NCBI GenBank assembly: GCA_041690595.1
Contig: JAWLHB010000030.1
Coordinates: 62,001-98,957, forward strand
DNA from: Lentisphaeria bacterium
GTDB lineage: Bacteria; Verrucomicrobiota; Lentisphaeria; JABSQK01; JAWLHB01
DNA: 36,957 bases
Reading direction: 5' to 3'
Of the stretch, positions 10,398 to 19,589 are shown piece by piece (positions within the stretch are counted from its first letter, which is position 1; each line of letters begins with the position of its first letter). A model generated the notes under the pieces. It was not told the DNA's origin, ran no database searches, and was given only the letters and a program-made list of their open reading frames with translations. A program made the position numbers and the translations under genes.

Positions 10398-10590
10398 CGA
10401 AGAGCGCTTAGTCGCCTGTGTGCGATCACTGATGGGTGCCCGGGTCGCCGGTGCCAACCCGGAGGCGTGCCATCCTCTCTGCACCCACGTCAGCCAGCCA
10501 AGCTTACCGAGGTGGCCGCAATCATCCTGATTGCGCAAAACTTCCAACATTGATTCCAGCTATGTCTCTTTTGGGCCTGAAGAGCTACCA

Positions 10591-10604
10591 GTTAACTACT
10601 TAAC
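10591..10604. promoter_or_regulatory. Putative LacI-family operator O1 (GTTAACTACTTAAC)
   Basis: One mismatch from the palindrome GTTAACTAGTTAAC; repeated at 10650; lies just upstream of the -35 box. Confidence 0.7.
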
Positions 10605-10613
10605 CCGCGGCGC

Positions 10614-10642
10614 TTGACAAGGATTTCAAGAGCTTCTATAGT
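10614..10642 (+). promoter_or_regulatory. Sigma70-type promoter for the LacI-prepilin-lyase operon
   Basis: TTGACA (10614-10619), 17-bp spacer, TATAGT (10637-10642). Confidence 0.85.
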
Positions 10643-10649
10643 GTATGGC

Positions 10650-10663
10650 GTTAACTAATTAAC
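10650..10663. promoter_or_regulatory. Putative LacI-family operator O2 (GTTAACTAATTAAC)
   Basis: Near-perfect palindrome at or just after the predicted +1; 15/16 identical to O1 including the flanking CC. Confidence 0.75.
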
Positions 10664-10678
10664 CCAAGGGTCCTGATC

Positions 10679-11725
10679 ATGGCGGTGACGCTGAAGGAGA
10701 TCGCCGAAGTTGCCGGGGTGACGAAGACGGTGGTGAGTGAGGTCCTTCGGGATCGGCCGAGTGCGCGGCGTTTCAGCGCGGCGACGCGGGAGCGGGTGCT
10801 GAAGGTGGCGGAATCGCTCAATTACCAGCCGAATTTCTTTGCGAAGCAACTGATGCGGCAGAACCGGCGGACGCTGATGCTGGCGTTGAGCAGCCTCAAC
10901 GACACCTTTGTGATGCCGATAGCGCAGGGCTTCGAGCAAGCGGCGGCGAAGCGTGGCTACAACGTCATGTTCAGCATCCTTTCGCACCAACAGCAGGCGG
11001 ATTCGTTCGAGCGGGTGCTGGGTCCGCAGGGGATTCTGGGGCTGGCAGTGGTCGCCTGGTCGAGCGCTCCTTATCTGTCGGACGCTCGCCTGACGGCGCT
11101 GGCGGAGGCTGGAGTTCACATCGTAACCATTGGGCGGGAGGTGACGACAACGGCCCCCATCTGCCAGATCGACTATGATAACGAGAGCGCGGTGCGTGGG
11201 GTGATCGATTCGCTGGCCGCCCAGGGGGCTCGTCGCTTCTGGCTGGTGGGACGGCACAGAGCGGGCAACGATGCGGGGGGCATCATCACGCTGCGATGCG
11301 AGATGGCGGCAGCGTATCTTGCGGGACTAGGTCTGCCGGAACCGCGGGTGCTGGAAGTTGCGGGTCATGATCCGGAAGCAGGTTTTGCGACCGTATCGGA
11401 AGCGCTTGCGGGTACCTCGGCTCCAGAGGCAATCTGCTGCGGGGCGGATCCGCTTGCGTGGGGCTCCTGCCGGGCGCTGCGCGAGCATGGACTGACGGTC
11501 GGCGTCGAGGTGGCGGTGACGGGTTTCAACGACAGCTACGGTTCCGCGTACATGACGCCCGCCTTGACGACCGTACGAATTCCGGCGGCACGCATGGGGG
11601 CGATGGCAGCGGATATGCTTATTGAGGATTGTCAACTGGAACCGCGGGCGGAGCGGCGTCGATCCGTTGACACTGAACTGATCATGAGGGAGTCGGGATG
11701 TGTTCGACAAGTCAACCGGCGTTGA
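10679..11725 (+). CDS. LacI family transcriptional regulator
   Basis: [34 protein letters not shown] hinge, VAVTGFND and PALTTVRIP ligand-domain motifs. Confidence 0.95.
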   Translation: MAVTLKEIAEVAGVTKTVVSEVLRDRPSARRFSAATRERVLKVAESLNYQPNFFAKQLMRQNRRTLMLALSSLNDTFVMPIAQGFEQAAAKRGYNVMFSILSHQQQADSFERVLGPQGILGLAVVAWSSAPYLSDARLTALAEAGVHIVTIGREVTTTAPICQIDYDNESAVRGVIDSLAAQGARRFWLVGRHRAGNDAGGIITLRCEMAAAYLAGLGLPEPRVLEVAGHDPEAGFATVSEALAGTSAPEAICCGADPLAWGSCRALREHGLTVGVEVAVTGFNDSYGSAYMTPALTTVRIPAARMGAMAADMLIEDCQLEPRAERRRSVDTELIMRESGCVRQVNRR

Positions 11726-11769
11726 CGCGCGTTGCGAGAGAGCATTACAATCAGACGGAGAATGGCGAA

Positions 11770-12486
11770 ATGAGCAAAGCGAAGAGGACCGAAGGAGACG
11801 GGTGTTTCACGCTGATCGAGTTGCTGGTGGTGGTAGCAATAATCGGCATTCTGGCGTCGATGCTGCTGCCGGCTCTGAGCCAAGCCCGGGCGAAGGCTCG
11901 TGGCATCGCCTGCGTGAGCAACCTGCGGCAGTTCGGATTGATGCACATGCAGTATGCGGAGGATAACGAGGGACGTCACCTTAGTCCACAGGCGATTGGC
12001 GACGGAAGCAGCAGCATCGCGCCGAACCGCTGGTGGCTTCTTCGTCCAGGAGTGCCCGTGACCAATGGCAACACCTACCAGTACCTCAGCCGCGCCTTCT
12101 ACGACTATGGTTTCGGGCCGGAAATCAAGGGGATGCTTTGTCCCGAAGAGGCGCCGGAGGATGTGAAGTATTACATCGACTGGAAGGGGCGGCTCAGCTA
12201 TTTGTACCGCTTGACGCCAAGCGGTTATTTTGATGCCAGCCACACCGCCACGCTATCGACGTCGGACAACCCGCAGTGGTGGCTGCGGCTCTGCTATGCA
12301 ACGGGACATGCGCCGGAGACGGTGGCTATGGGCACTCGCTCCGCCAGCTTCTATACGACAAATTTCCTGGTGAATCCGCTGGCGGCCGGCAAGGGAATGC
12401 GTCACTACGGCTCGGCAGTAAACGCGTCGTATCTGGACGGTTCCGTCAGCCAGCGAAAGAGTGGCAGCTATGTCGATTTGGATTAA
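11770..12486 (+). CDS. Prepilin-type N-terminal cleavage/methylation domain protein (DUF1559-like)
   Basis: [61 protein letters not shown] at 11770 with GGAG upstream. Confidence 0.9.
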   Translation: MSKAKRTEGDGCFTLIELLVVVAIIGILASMLLPALSQARAKARGIACVSNLRQFGLMHMQYAEDNEGRHLSPQAIGDGSSSIAPNRWWLLRPGVPVTNGNTYQYLSRAFYDYGFGPEIKGMLCPEEAPEDVKYYIDWKGRLSYLYRLTPSGYFDASHTATLSTSDNPQWWLRLCYATGHAPETVAMGTRSASFYTTNFLVNPLAAGKGMRHYGSAVNASYLDGSVSQRKSGSYVDLD

Positions 12487-15400
12487 CGGTGCGTTCAGCC
12501 TTCTGGCGCTGGTGGCGATGCTCGGCGGTGGATGCCGAACGGCGTCGCGGCCGGCGGTGGGGGCGGCACCTGCTCCAGTTGCTGGCTGGAGCGCCATGCT
12601 GGTGGGTGAGAGCGAGCAGATGCTATCCTTCGAGGGCGCGTCACTGCCGGAGGGCTTTATCACCGGTCCCGGGAGCGTGGTTGTGCTGAACGATCGGCGA
12701 CGAATCAACGGGCAGCAGAGCCTTCAGTGGCTCTGGCAGGAGCCGGGGGCGACGATCGAGGTGCAGCGGCCGATCGCTTACGTGGCAAAGGCTCCGCCCA
12801 TTGCCGGTCAACCGGCGGGGACGATGTTTTCCTTGTGGGTCTACAACGAGAGTCCGCTGGCGGAGTCAATGCGGGTCGAGTTTGGGCGCGGGGCGCAGGT
12901 GGACTGCTGGTTCGACTTCCGGCTGAACTTCAGCGGCTGGCGGACGGCGTGGGTCTCCTACGACCGGGATATGCAGGGGCAGGCGGTGGAGGGGATGGAT
13001 AGCCTGCGCCTGCGAGCCCCGGAGACGATTGCGGGGCATCGCCTCTTTATCGACCGGATCATCCTGGCGAATCCAGTCGACTCGCGGAGCCGCAACCCGG
13101 ATGACCAGGTCGCCGCGGTGAAGCGCACGGAGAGCCTGGATCAGTGGACGCCGCGGCGGGATATCATGGATATGACGCCCAAGCTGGACAATGTCAGCAT
13201 CACGCCGGGGGTGATCACGGGGATCGATGCGATCGCGCAGCGGCTGGACACGGAGTATCTGGGTGAGAAGATCTCGCTGCCAAGCATGGCGGAGCTTCGC
13301 CGGCGCTATCGGGCCCTCGACATCGAGATGGTGGACGGGATCCTGCGCGGAGCGCATGTGATGACGCGGGTACACGTAGAGATCTACCCGTCGGAGATGG
13401 TGCCGGGGCTGGAGGATTACCTGGAGATTGCGGGCTTCAAGAAGGTGACGGAGCTGCTGCTGGCCCTGGCGCGGGCCTGGCGGCTGGAGGCTTATCCGCG
13501 GCAGCAGGAAGAAATCCGGTCCATGTACGTGATGCTCAGCCGCCACCTGCTGGACCAGGGGTGGGCGGAGGGGAGTGGACTCGGTACCCTGCACCATTTC
13601 GGCTACTTTTCGCGCGCCTGGTATCCGGCGGTCTTTCTGATGCGGGAGGTGCTGGAGGAAGAGCAGCTGCTGATGCCGATGAGCCGGGCCTGTCAATGGT
13701 TCACGAATGTGCGGCGGGTCCTGTTGCCGGTGGAGGTACGGGATGCCGACCTGGATTACTGGAACACGCAGGCGCGCGAGCAGCTTGTGGTGCTGATGAC
13801 CATGCCGGACACGCGGGAGAAGGTGGCGCTGCTGCAGCATTACTCCGCCTTTCTCAGTGGAACGGTGGCGATGCAAACGCCGGGTAACCATGGGGGGCTG
13901 AAGGTGGACGGCACGGCCTTTCACCATGGCGGCTTTTATCCCGCCTATGCCATGGGAGCCTTCAACCGGCTGGCCAATCTCTTCCGTTTGATGGACGGGA
14001 CGGTCTTCACGCTCAGTTCGGCGGCCTATGACAACCTCAAGCAGGCAATGCTGATGGCGCGGCTGTACGGCAACCCGGACTGGACGATCGCCATCAGCGG
14101 CCGGCATCCCTTCGATGGGTCGATCGCCCCTCTGCGCGGGGCCTTCCGGGATCTGGCGCTGGCCAACCGGCCCGATTCGCCCGAACCGTACGACTCGGAA
14201 CTGGCAGCGGCGCTACTGCGGCTCTGGCCGGAGGAGATGGAGAATCGGCGGCGCCTCCTCGGCACGACGGATCCGCAACCGGAGGCCGATCCAGCCGGAA
14301 GCTGGACGCTCAACTACGCGGCGCTGGGGCTGACGTGGATCAACAATCGTCTGATCACGCTGAAGGGCTACAACCGCTACGTGTGGAACAGCGAGATCTA
14401 TGCACAGGACAACCGATACGGGCGATACCAGAGTTACGGCAGCGTGCTCATCATGGCACCCGGTGGCAACCACGCCAGTGGCTTCTCCGAGCCGGGGTGG
14501 GACTGGAACCGGCTTCCCGGCACCACGACCGTGCACCTCCCCCTCGACCTGCTCGAAAGCCCTGCCCAGGGGACGGAAATGCTTCGCTCACCCGATACCT
14601 TTGCCGGAGCTGGCGACCTCGATCGACGGCTCGGGGCCTTTGCCGTTGTCCTCAGCCAACCGGAGCGCGAGCGCTTCGATGCGAGCTTCCGCGCTCGCAA
14701 ATCGGTCTTCAGTTTCAAGGATTATCTGGTGGCGATGGGGAGTCACATCGCCAATGAGAGCAGGGAGCATGCGACGGAGACGACGCTTTTCCAGAACGCC
14801 CTCGCCGACCCGGCCAAGCCGGTCATGCTCGATGGTGATCGCCTGACGACGTTTCCACTGGAGGTGACGGCGACCGATGGGGCGCACTGGCTGATGGATG
14901 CCGTCGGCAATGGTTATGTGGTTCCCGGCGGCCAGCAGCTGCGCGTGGCGAGGCAAGTCCAGGTGTCGCGACATAACAAGAGCCGCGAGCCGACCGAGGG
15001 GGCCTTCGCCGTGGCCTGGCTCAACCACGGAACGGCGCCACGCGATGCGGCTTACCGCTACGCGATCCTGCCGGGGACGGATGCCACGCGCACTGCGGCT
15101 TTCGCGGCCACGCCGCCCTACGAGGTGCTTCAGCAGAGCAGCGACGTTCATGCGGTTCGCGATCTCGCCACGGGTTCGGCGGCGGCAGCCTTCTTCACCC
15201 ATGGGGCCGGGGAACCGGCGATGGAGGTGGTCACCGTCGACCGCCCCTGCCTGGTGATCACGACTCCGCAGAGCGGGGGGCTCCTGCGGGTGAGCGTAAC
15301 CGATCCGGATCTGAATATTGCGCACAACCCGGGCTACTTTCTCACGGGCAGCTCACTGCCGACTCAGGTGAACCTGATCCTGCGGGGTGGCTGGCGTCTG

Positions 15401-15508
15401 CCGAACCCGACGCCCAACGTGACCTTGCGTCCGGCGGGTACCATGACGCGACTCGAGATCACCTGCCAGCACGGACGCCCTGTTCCCTTCACCCTCGTCA
15501 GGCGCTGA
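12470..15508 (+). CDS. Chondroitinase ABC-type polysaccharide lyase (PL8), probable lipoprotein
   Basis: [22 protein letters not shown] (H-x6-Y catalytic pair), [50 protein letters not shown]; lipobox-like LGGGC; start uncertain (12461 GTG or 12470 ATG). Confidence 0.9.
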   Translation: MSIWINGAFSLLALVAMLGGGCRTASRPAVGAAPAPVAGWSAMLVGESEQMLSFEGASLPEGFITGPGSVVVLNDRRRINGQQSLQWLWQEPGATIEVQRPIAYVAKAPPIAGQPAGTMFSLWVYNESPLAESMRVEFGRGAQVDCWFDFRLNFSGWRTAWVSYDRDMQGQAVEGMDSLRLRAPETIAGHRLFIDRIILANPVDSRSRNPDDQVAAVKRTESLDQWTPRRDIMDMTPKLDNVSITPGVITGIDAIAQRLDTEYLGEKISLPSMAELRRRYRALDIEMVDGILRGAHVMTRVHVEIYPSEMVPGLEDYLEIAGFKKVTELLLALARAWRLEAYPRQQEEIRSMYVMLSRHLLDQGWAEGSGLGTLHHFGYFSRAWYPAVFLMREVLEEEQLLMPMSRACQWFTNVRRVLLPVEVRDADLDYWNTQAREQLVVLMTMPDTREKVALLQHYSAFLSGTVAMQTPGNHGGLKVDGTAFHHGGFYPAYAMGAFNRLANLFRLMDGTVFTLSSAAYDNLKQAMLMARLYGNPDWTIAISGRHPFDGSIAPLRGAFRDLALANRPDSPEPYDSELAAALLRLWPEEMENRRRLLGTTDPQPEADPAGSWTLNYAALGLTWINNRLITLKGYNRYVWNSEIYAQDNRYGRYQSYGSVLIMAPGGNHASGFSEPGWDWNRLPGTTTVHLPLDLLESPAQGTEMLRSPDTFAGAGDLDRRLGAFAVVLSQPERERFDASFRARKSVFSFKDYLVAMGSHIANESREHATETTLFQNALADPAKPVMLDGDRLTTFPLEVTATDGAHWLMDAVGNGYVVPGGQQLRVARQVQVSRHNKSREPTEGAFAVAWLNHGTAPRDAAYRYAILPGTDATRTAAFAATPPYEVLQQSSDVHAVRDLATGSAAAAFFTHGAGEPAMEVVTVDRPCLVITTPQSGGLLRVSVTDPDLNIAHNPGYFLTGSSLPTQVNLILRGGWRLPNPTPNVTLRPAGTMTRLEITCQHGRPVPFTLVRR

Positions 15509-15538
15509 CGAGCGGAGACGCGGGGACGCGGGGACGAG

Positions 15539-15820
15539 CGGCCGGGCGGGGACTCCCACATTGGGGCTGCGCCGCTGAGAGCGGCTCCAGCTGGGGGCAG
15601 CCGCGGGAACGGGAGCGATGGGGTGGCGAGGGGATATGAGGAGAGCCAGGCATCGGGAAGTGGCAACATCCAACGCCGGTGCCACTCAGGCGAGTGGCGT
15701 GCCCAGGGTGCGCGGGAGGGAAGATAGAGGTTGGGGAGGGGCCGGGACGATGGGGCACGTGCAGGGGCGTTGGGGAGAACGGCTCAAATCGAGACTCGGA
15801 GAGCGGCTCCGACATTGGGG
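15539..15820. repeat. Mosaic REP-like intergenic element, copy A (core 15557-15707)
   Basis: The ~150-bp core is a close inverted copy of 36713-36866; contains hairpins GCCGCT-GAG-AGCGGC and GCCACTC-AGGC-GAGTGGC; 15795-15810 matches 36685-36700 exactly in reverse complement. Confidence 0.85.
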
Positions 15821-15922
15821 ACGGGGGGACGGATTCAGAGAATTTGCGGGGAGCGTCTTGCATTGGGGTATATTGAGTGGTGTATTAAAAATCATGCACG
15901 ATGACAGAGCATGCTTGCGGAG

Positions 15923-17020
15923 ATGGCGAGGATGAAGAAGGGCAAAGCAGTTGCGATAGCGAATGAGATCCGGCATGGGATACATCGCAGGAAGTATACG
16001 GAGCGATTGCCACCGGACAGGCAACTGGCGCAGGACTTCGGGGTGGATCCGAAGACGATTGCCTTGGCGATGAGCCACCTGGAGGGCGAAGGGCTGGTGA
16101 CGCGCCAGCGTCGGGTTGGGACCTTGATACGGCCGCCGGATGAGGTGGCGGCTACCGTCAGGACGGGCACGGCGGTGCTGCTGATGCGGACGCGTGGTCA
16201 TCTTTTTGGGGCATTAAGTGGTGTATTGGCGGAAATGCTCCAGTCGCACGGGTATTGTCCTGTGCTGATGAGCAGCGAGGAGCTGGACGATGCGTCGATC
16301 CAGCCGCTTCTGGAGCGTGTACGTGAGCTTCGACCGGAGGTGTTTCTTGTGGAGACCAGCCGTCGCGACTTTCCGATCGAGGCGCTTCGCGAGGCGCTGC
16401 CGGCGCATGTTCGGCTGGTGCGTCTGGGGGATCGCAGCGTGATGCAGGGGAATCCATACCGGATCGAGTTTGACGCCAAGGCAGGGGCACTTGCGGCGAC
16501 TCGCCACCTTCTGGCTCTCGGCAGACGGCGCGTGCTGCTGCTCGATGCGCTCTTCGAGCTTCCGCCCCACCTGTACCCGGAGACTGGTCACTACGACTTC
16601 AACATGGGCTATCGGCGGGCGTTGGACGAAGCGGGGCTGGCGGGGCACGAGCGGTTCTTTTTCGAGAGTCATGACGAGGCGGAGACCAGCGACCGTCTGC
16701 GCGACCTGATGCGGGGCGACGAGCGCCCTGACGGGATCCTTGCGTTTGGGGATTTCCGGTTGGTGCGGACCCTCAACGTGCTTCGAGAGCTTGGCTTGCG
16801 CGTGCCCGAGGATGTCGCGATGGTCGGTTACTTCAATACCCCTTGGAGCCTGGCGACACATCCGCCCCTCAGCAGCATCGATGTCGACATGCGGGGGGTG
16901 GCCGAGGCACTGCTGCACGTGGCGACGGCCGACGCGCCGTCGAAGGTGCAGAAGATCGCGCCCAGGCTTGTCATCCGTGAATCGGCACCGGCAGTGCCGG
17001 AAGGCATGGCGCCACGATGA
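15923..17020 (+). CDS. GntR-HTH / LacI-type sugar-binding hybrid transcriptional regulator
   Basis: RLPPDRQLAQDFGVDPKTIALAMSHLEGEGLVTRQRRVGT winged HTH; LRVPEDVAMVGYFN, PPLSSID, LVIRES C-terminal motifs; start uncertain (15911/15923/15932). Confidence 0.9.
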   Translation: MARMKKGKAVAIANEIRHGIHRRKYTERLPPDRQLAQDFGVDPKTIALAMSHLEGEGLVTRQRRVGTLIRPPDEVAATVRTGTAVLLMRTRGHLFGALSGVLAEMLQSHGYCPVLMSSEELDDASIQPLLERVRELRPEVFLVETSRRDFPIEALREALPAHVRLVRLGDRSVMQGNPYRIEFDAKAGALAATRHLLALGRRRVLLLDALFELPPHLYPETGHYDFNMGYRRALDEAGLAGHERFFFESHDEAETSDRLRDLMRGDERPDGILAFGDFRLVRTLNVLRELGLRVPEDVAMVGYFNTPWSLATHPPLSSIDVDMRGVAEALLHVATADAPSKVQKIAPRLVIRESAPAVPEGMAPR

Positions 17021-17078
17021 AGAGAAGCAACCTGGCTGAGATTATCCATAACCGGTCTTGATGAAGAAGGAGAGGGCG

Positions 17079-17840
17079 ATGAAAGAGTGTTCCTTGTGTC
17101 GAAGGCTTGAATCACGGGTCGGGCGGGCGTTTACGCTGATCGAACTACTGGTGGTGGTATCGATTATTGCAGTATTGGCATCGATGCTGTTGCCGGCGTT
17201 GAGCAAGGCGCGCCAGCGTTCACAGACGACGGTGTGCATGAACAACCTGAAACAGTTGAGCCTGCTCATGAGCACCTATCTGGAAGAGAACGACACGATC
17301 AACCCCCGTCCGGGCTGGGGAAGCAACAGCCGCTGGATCGACATCCCCGCGTGGGAGTTGGGCAAAGTGGCGTACGGAACGGATTTCTATAATCAGCAGG
17401 CGAGCCCCCTCTGGGACAGTCCGAGTTATTTCGGCATCATGCGCTGCCCGAGCGATGTGACGCAATACAGCTTGACCGGGGTATCCGGCAGTCCCTTCTT
17501 TCACCCCAATTACGGCATGAATGGCTCCAATTCCGGGGCCTTTGGTGGGGCCTACGAGCGACGTCTGTCGGCCATCAAGTATCCGTCCGAGGTGATGTAC
17601 CTCGGCGATGCCCAGCCCAACCGGGTCTACACCAACGTTTACCTGACACGTTACGGGACCGCCACGCTCTCCGACCTGACCAAGGTTGCCTCGATTTGCC
17701 GGCACAATGGGAACAGCGCGGGAATCTTTGCCTTCGCCGATCTCCATGCCGAGATGCGCTCTCATGCCGGTGTTGTCCGGGAGTTTCATCTGGACACGGG
17801 GTGGAGTTCGAAATTCTTCGATGGATTAAGGAAATTCTGA
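17079..17840 (+). CDS. Prepilin-type N-terminal cleavage/methylation domain protein (DUF1559-like)
   Basis: [80 protein letters not shown] before ATG 17079 (alternative start 17061). Confidence 0.9.
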   Translation: MKECSLCRRLESRVGRAFTLIELLVVVSIIAVLASMLLPALSKARQRSQTTVCMNNLKQLSLLMSTYLEENDTINPRPGWGSNSRWIDIPAWELGKVAYGTDFYNQQASPLWDSPSYFGIMRCPSDVTQYSLTGVSGSPFFHPNYGMNGSNSGAFGGAYERRLSAIKYPSEVMYLGDAQPNRVYTNVYLTRYGTATLSDLTKVASICRHNGNSAGIFAFADLHAEMRSHAGVVREFHLDTGWSSKFFDGLRKF

Positions 17841-17842
17841 CA

Positions 17843-18622
17843 GTGAGCACGACGACAACAACGTGGCGGGGTTTTTCGCGGGAGACCGTGATAATCAACG
17901 GGTGCAGCACCTTTGTGGTGAGCCCCCACAGGGAGGCTGCCGAGGGACGGCCGTGGATCCTGCGAACGATGTTCTTCGATGCGTGGCCGCAGGTGGATGT
18001 GGGGCTTCTGGAGTTGGGGTGGCACCTGGTCTTCTGCCCGCTCTTTCAGGAGCTGGGCAGCCCCCGGGAGCTGGATCAGCTTGACGCGGTGTATGACTGG
18101 GCGGTCGGTTGCCACGGGCTTGGGGCGAGACCGGTGGTGGAGGGTTTCAGCCGCGGTGGGCTGTACGCGCTGAACTGGGCGATTCGCCACCCGCTGCGGC
18201 CGGCAGCGTTGTATCTGGATGCTCCGGTATGCGACTATCGCACCTGGCCGTACGGCGGCGAGGGCGGGGGGCATTCGGAGGAGTGCTGGCAGGCGCTGCT
18301 GCGCGGCCACGACCTTACCGAAGAGGCGGCGTTGAGCGGCGACCATACGCCGCTGGCGCGACTGGCACCCGTGCTGCGGCAGAGGCTGCCGATGGCGATT
18401 GTCGCGGGTGCCAAGGATCGAACGGTGCCCTGGGAAGGCAATGGGGCGCGGCTGGTGGAGATGTTGTCCGCGCATGAGGTGCCGCATCAGGTATGGCTCA
18501 AGCCGGAATGCGATCATCATCCGCACAGTCTGGAGGATGGGGCACCGGTGGTTGAATACTTGGTGAAGGCTTTTCATGGTCAGTTCGAGCAATCCCAGGA
18601 AGAAGGATGCACGCATGCATGA
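17843..18622 (+). CDS. Alpha/beta-hydrolase fold esterase-like protein
   Basis: GFSRGG nucleophile elbow, [16 protein letters not shown] (Asp), HHPHSL (His); GTG start 2 bp after the upstream stop. Confidence 0.85.
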   Translation: MSTTTTTWRGFSRETVIINGCSTFVVSPHREAAEGRPWILRTMFFDAWPQVDVGLLELGWHLVFCPLFQELGSPRELDQLDAVYDWAVGCHGLGARPVVEGFSRGGLYALNWAIRHPLRPAALYLDAPVCDYRTWPYGGEGGGHSEECWQALLRGHDLTEEAALSGDHTPLARLAPVLRQRLPMAIVAGAKDRTVPWEGNGARLVEMLSAHEVPHQVWLKPECDHHPHSLEDGAPVVEYLVKAFHGQFEQSQEEGCTHA

Positions 18623-19499
18623 CCATAAAATCTGGCGGCGTGGATTCACCCTCATCGAGTTACTGGTGGTGATCGCGATAATATCGGTTCTTGCTTCGAT
18701 GCTGTTGCCGGCGCTGTCGAAGGCGCGGGGCAGTGCGCAGACAGCGAATTGCGCGTCGAATCTGAAGCAACTGCAGACAGGAAACCAGATGTTTGCCGAG
18801 GACAACGACGGTTATCTGGTGCCGAGTGTGGGTCCGCTGCCGGTAGGAGGGGCGATGGATTTCAGTGCCGTGGTACGCACGGATACGAGCTGGAACGATT
18901 ACTGGTTCGCGCATCTGAGCGAATGGAACAGCTACGTATCGAAGGATGTGTATCGGTGCCCATCGGACAAGATGGCGATCGACTGGAGCCGGGTTTACTG
19001 GGCAAACCGCACGTATGGGAGTTCGACGGATCACCGGGAATGGCCGATCAGCTATGCATACAGCATACTGCTGGGCGGGTATGGAACCCAGTGGGGCTCT
19101 CAGCCGACCCGCAGCGAAGCAGAACGCCGCAAGCTGAGCGCCAAGCGGATATCGGATTTTGCCGGCCAGAAGGAATGGGGACAGACGCTTCCCAATGCGA
19201 CGCCGGAGCTGGCCATCGTGATGTTCGATTACGACAGTGAGCCGATCTCCTGGACCACCACCGGGGAAAATCTGAAGATTGAAGGGGGGTGGATATTCAA
19301 TGTGCAGCGGGTATCGACCAGGCACCGCGGCGGGCAGGATTACCACAAGGCAAACTGGCAACGCTTCAGCGGGGCGATGAACAGCGCCTTCGTGGACGGG
19401 CATGTCAGCCTGGTTCGAGCGCCGATCAACGCAGCCGTAAATGTTGCCCACAAGAATTTCCTGGCGCAGGGGAATTTTGCCGGGGGATTCGTGCGCTGA
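18615..19499 (+). CDS. Prepilin-type N-terminal cleavage/methylation domain protein (DUF1559-like)
   Basis: [54 protein letters not shown]...[10 protein letters not shown]. Confidence 0.9.
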   Translation: MHDHKIWRRGFTLIELLVVIAIISVLASMLLPALSKARGSAQTANCASNLKQLQTGNQMFAEDNDGYLVPSVGPLPVGGAMDFSAVVRTDTSWNDYWFAHLSEWNSYVSKDVYRCPSDKMAIDWSRVYWANRTYGSSTDHREWPISYAYSILLGGYGTQWGSQPTRSEAERRKLSAKRISDFAGQKEWGQTLPNATPELAIVMFDYDSEPISWTTTGENLKIEGGWIFNVQRVSTRHRGGQDYHKANWQRFSGAMNSAFVDGHVSLVRAPINAAVNVAHKNFLAQGNFAGGFVR

Positions 19500-19589
19500 T
19501 GCCGATGCATCGGAGTCATGAGGACTGTTAAAGTGAACTGACATGGCTGCCGCGTCGGCAGTTGTACCTTGCAGGAGAGGGAGGTCGAG

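Noticed and set aside
15858..15892. Sigma70 promoter for the GntR/LacI gene (TTGCAT...TATTAA)
   Set aside because: 19-bp spacing and a poor -10; the AT-rich region is probably a promoter but the boxes cannot be placed reliably
15510..15900. CRISPR array or small ORFs in the repeat-rich intergenic region (likewise 36530-36957)
   Set aside because: No regular repeat-spacer periodicity and no cas genes; the ORFs are translations of REP-like repeats
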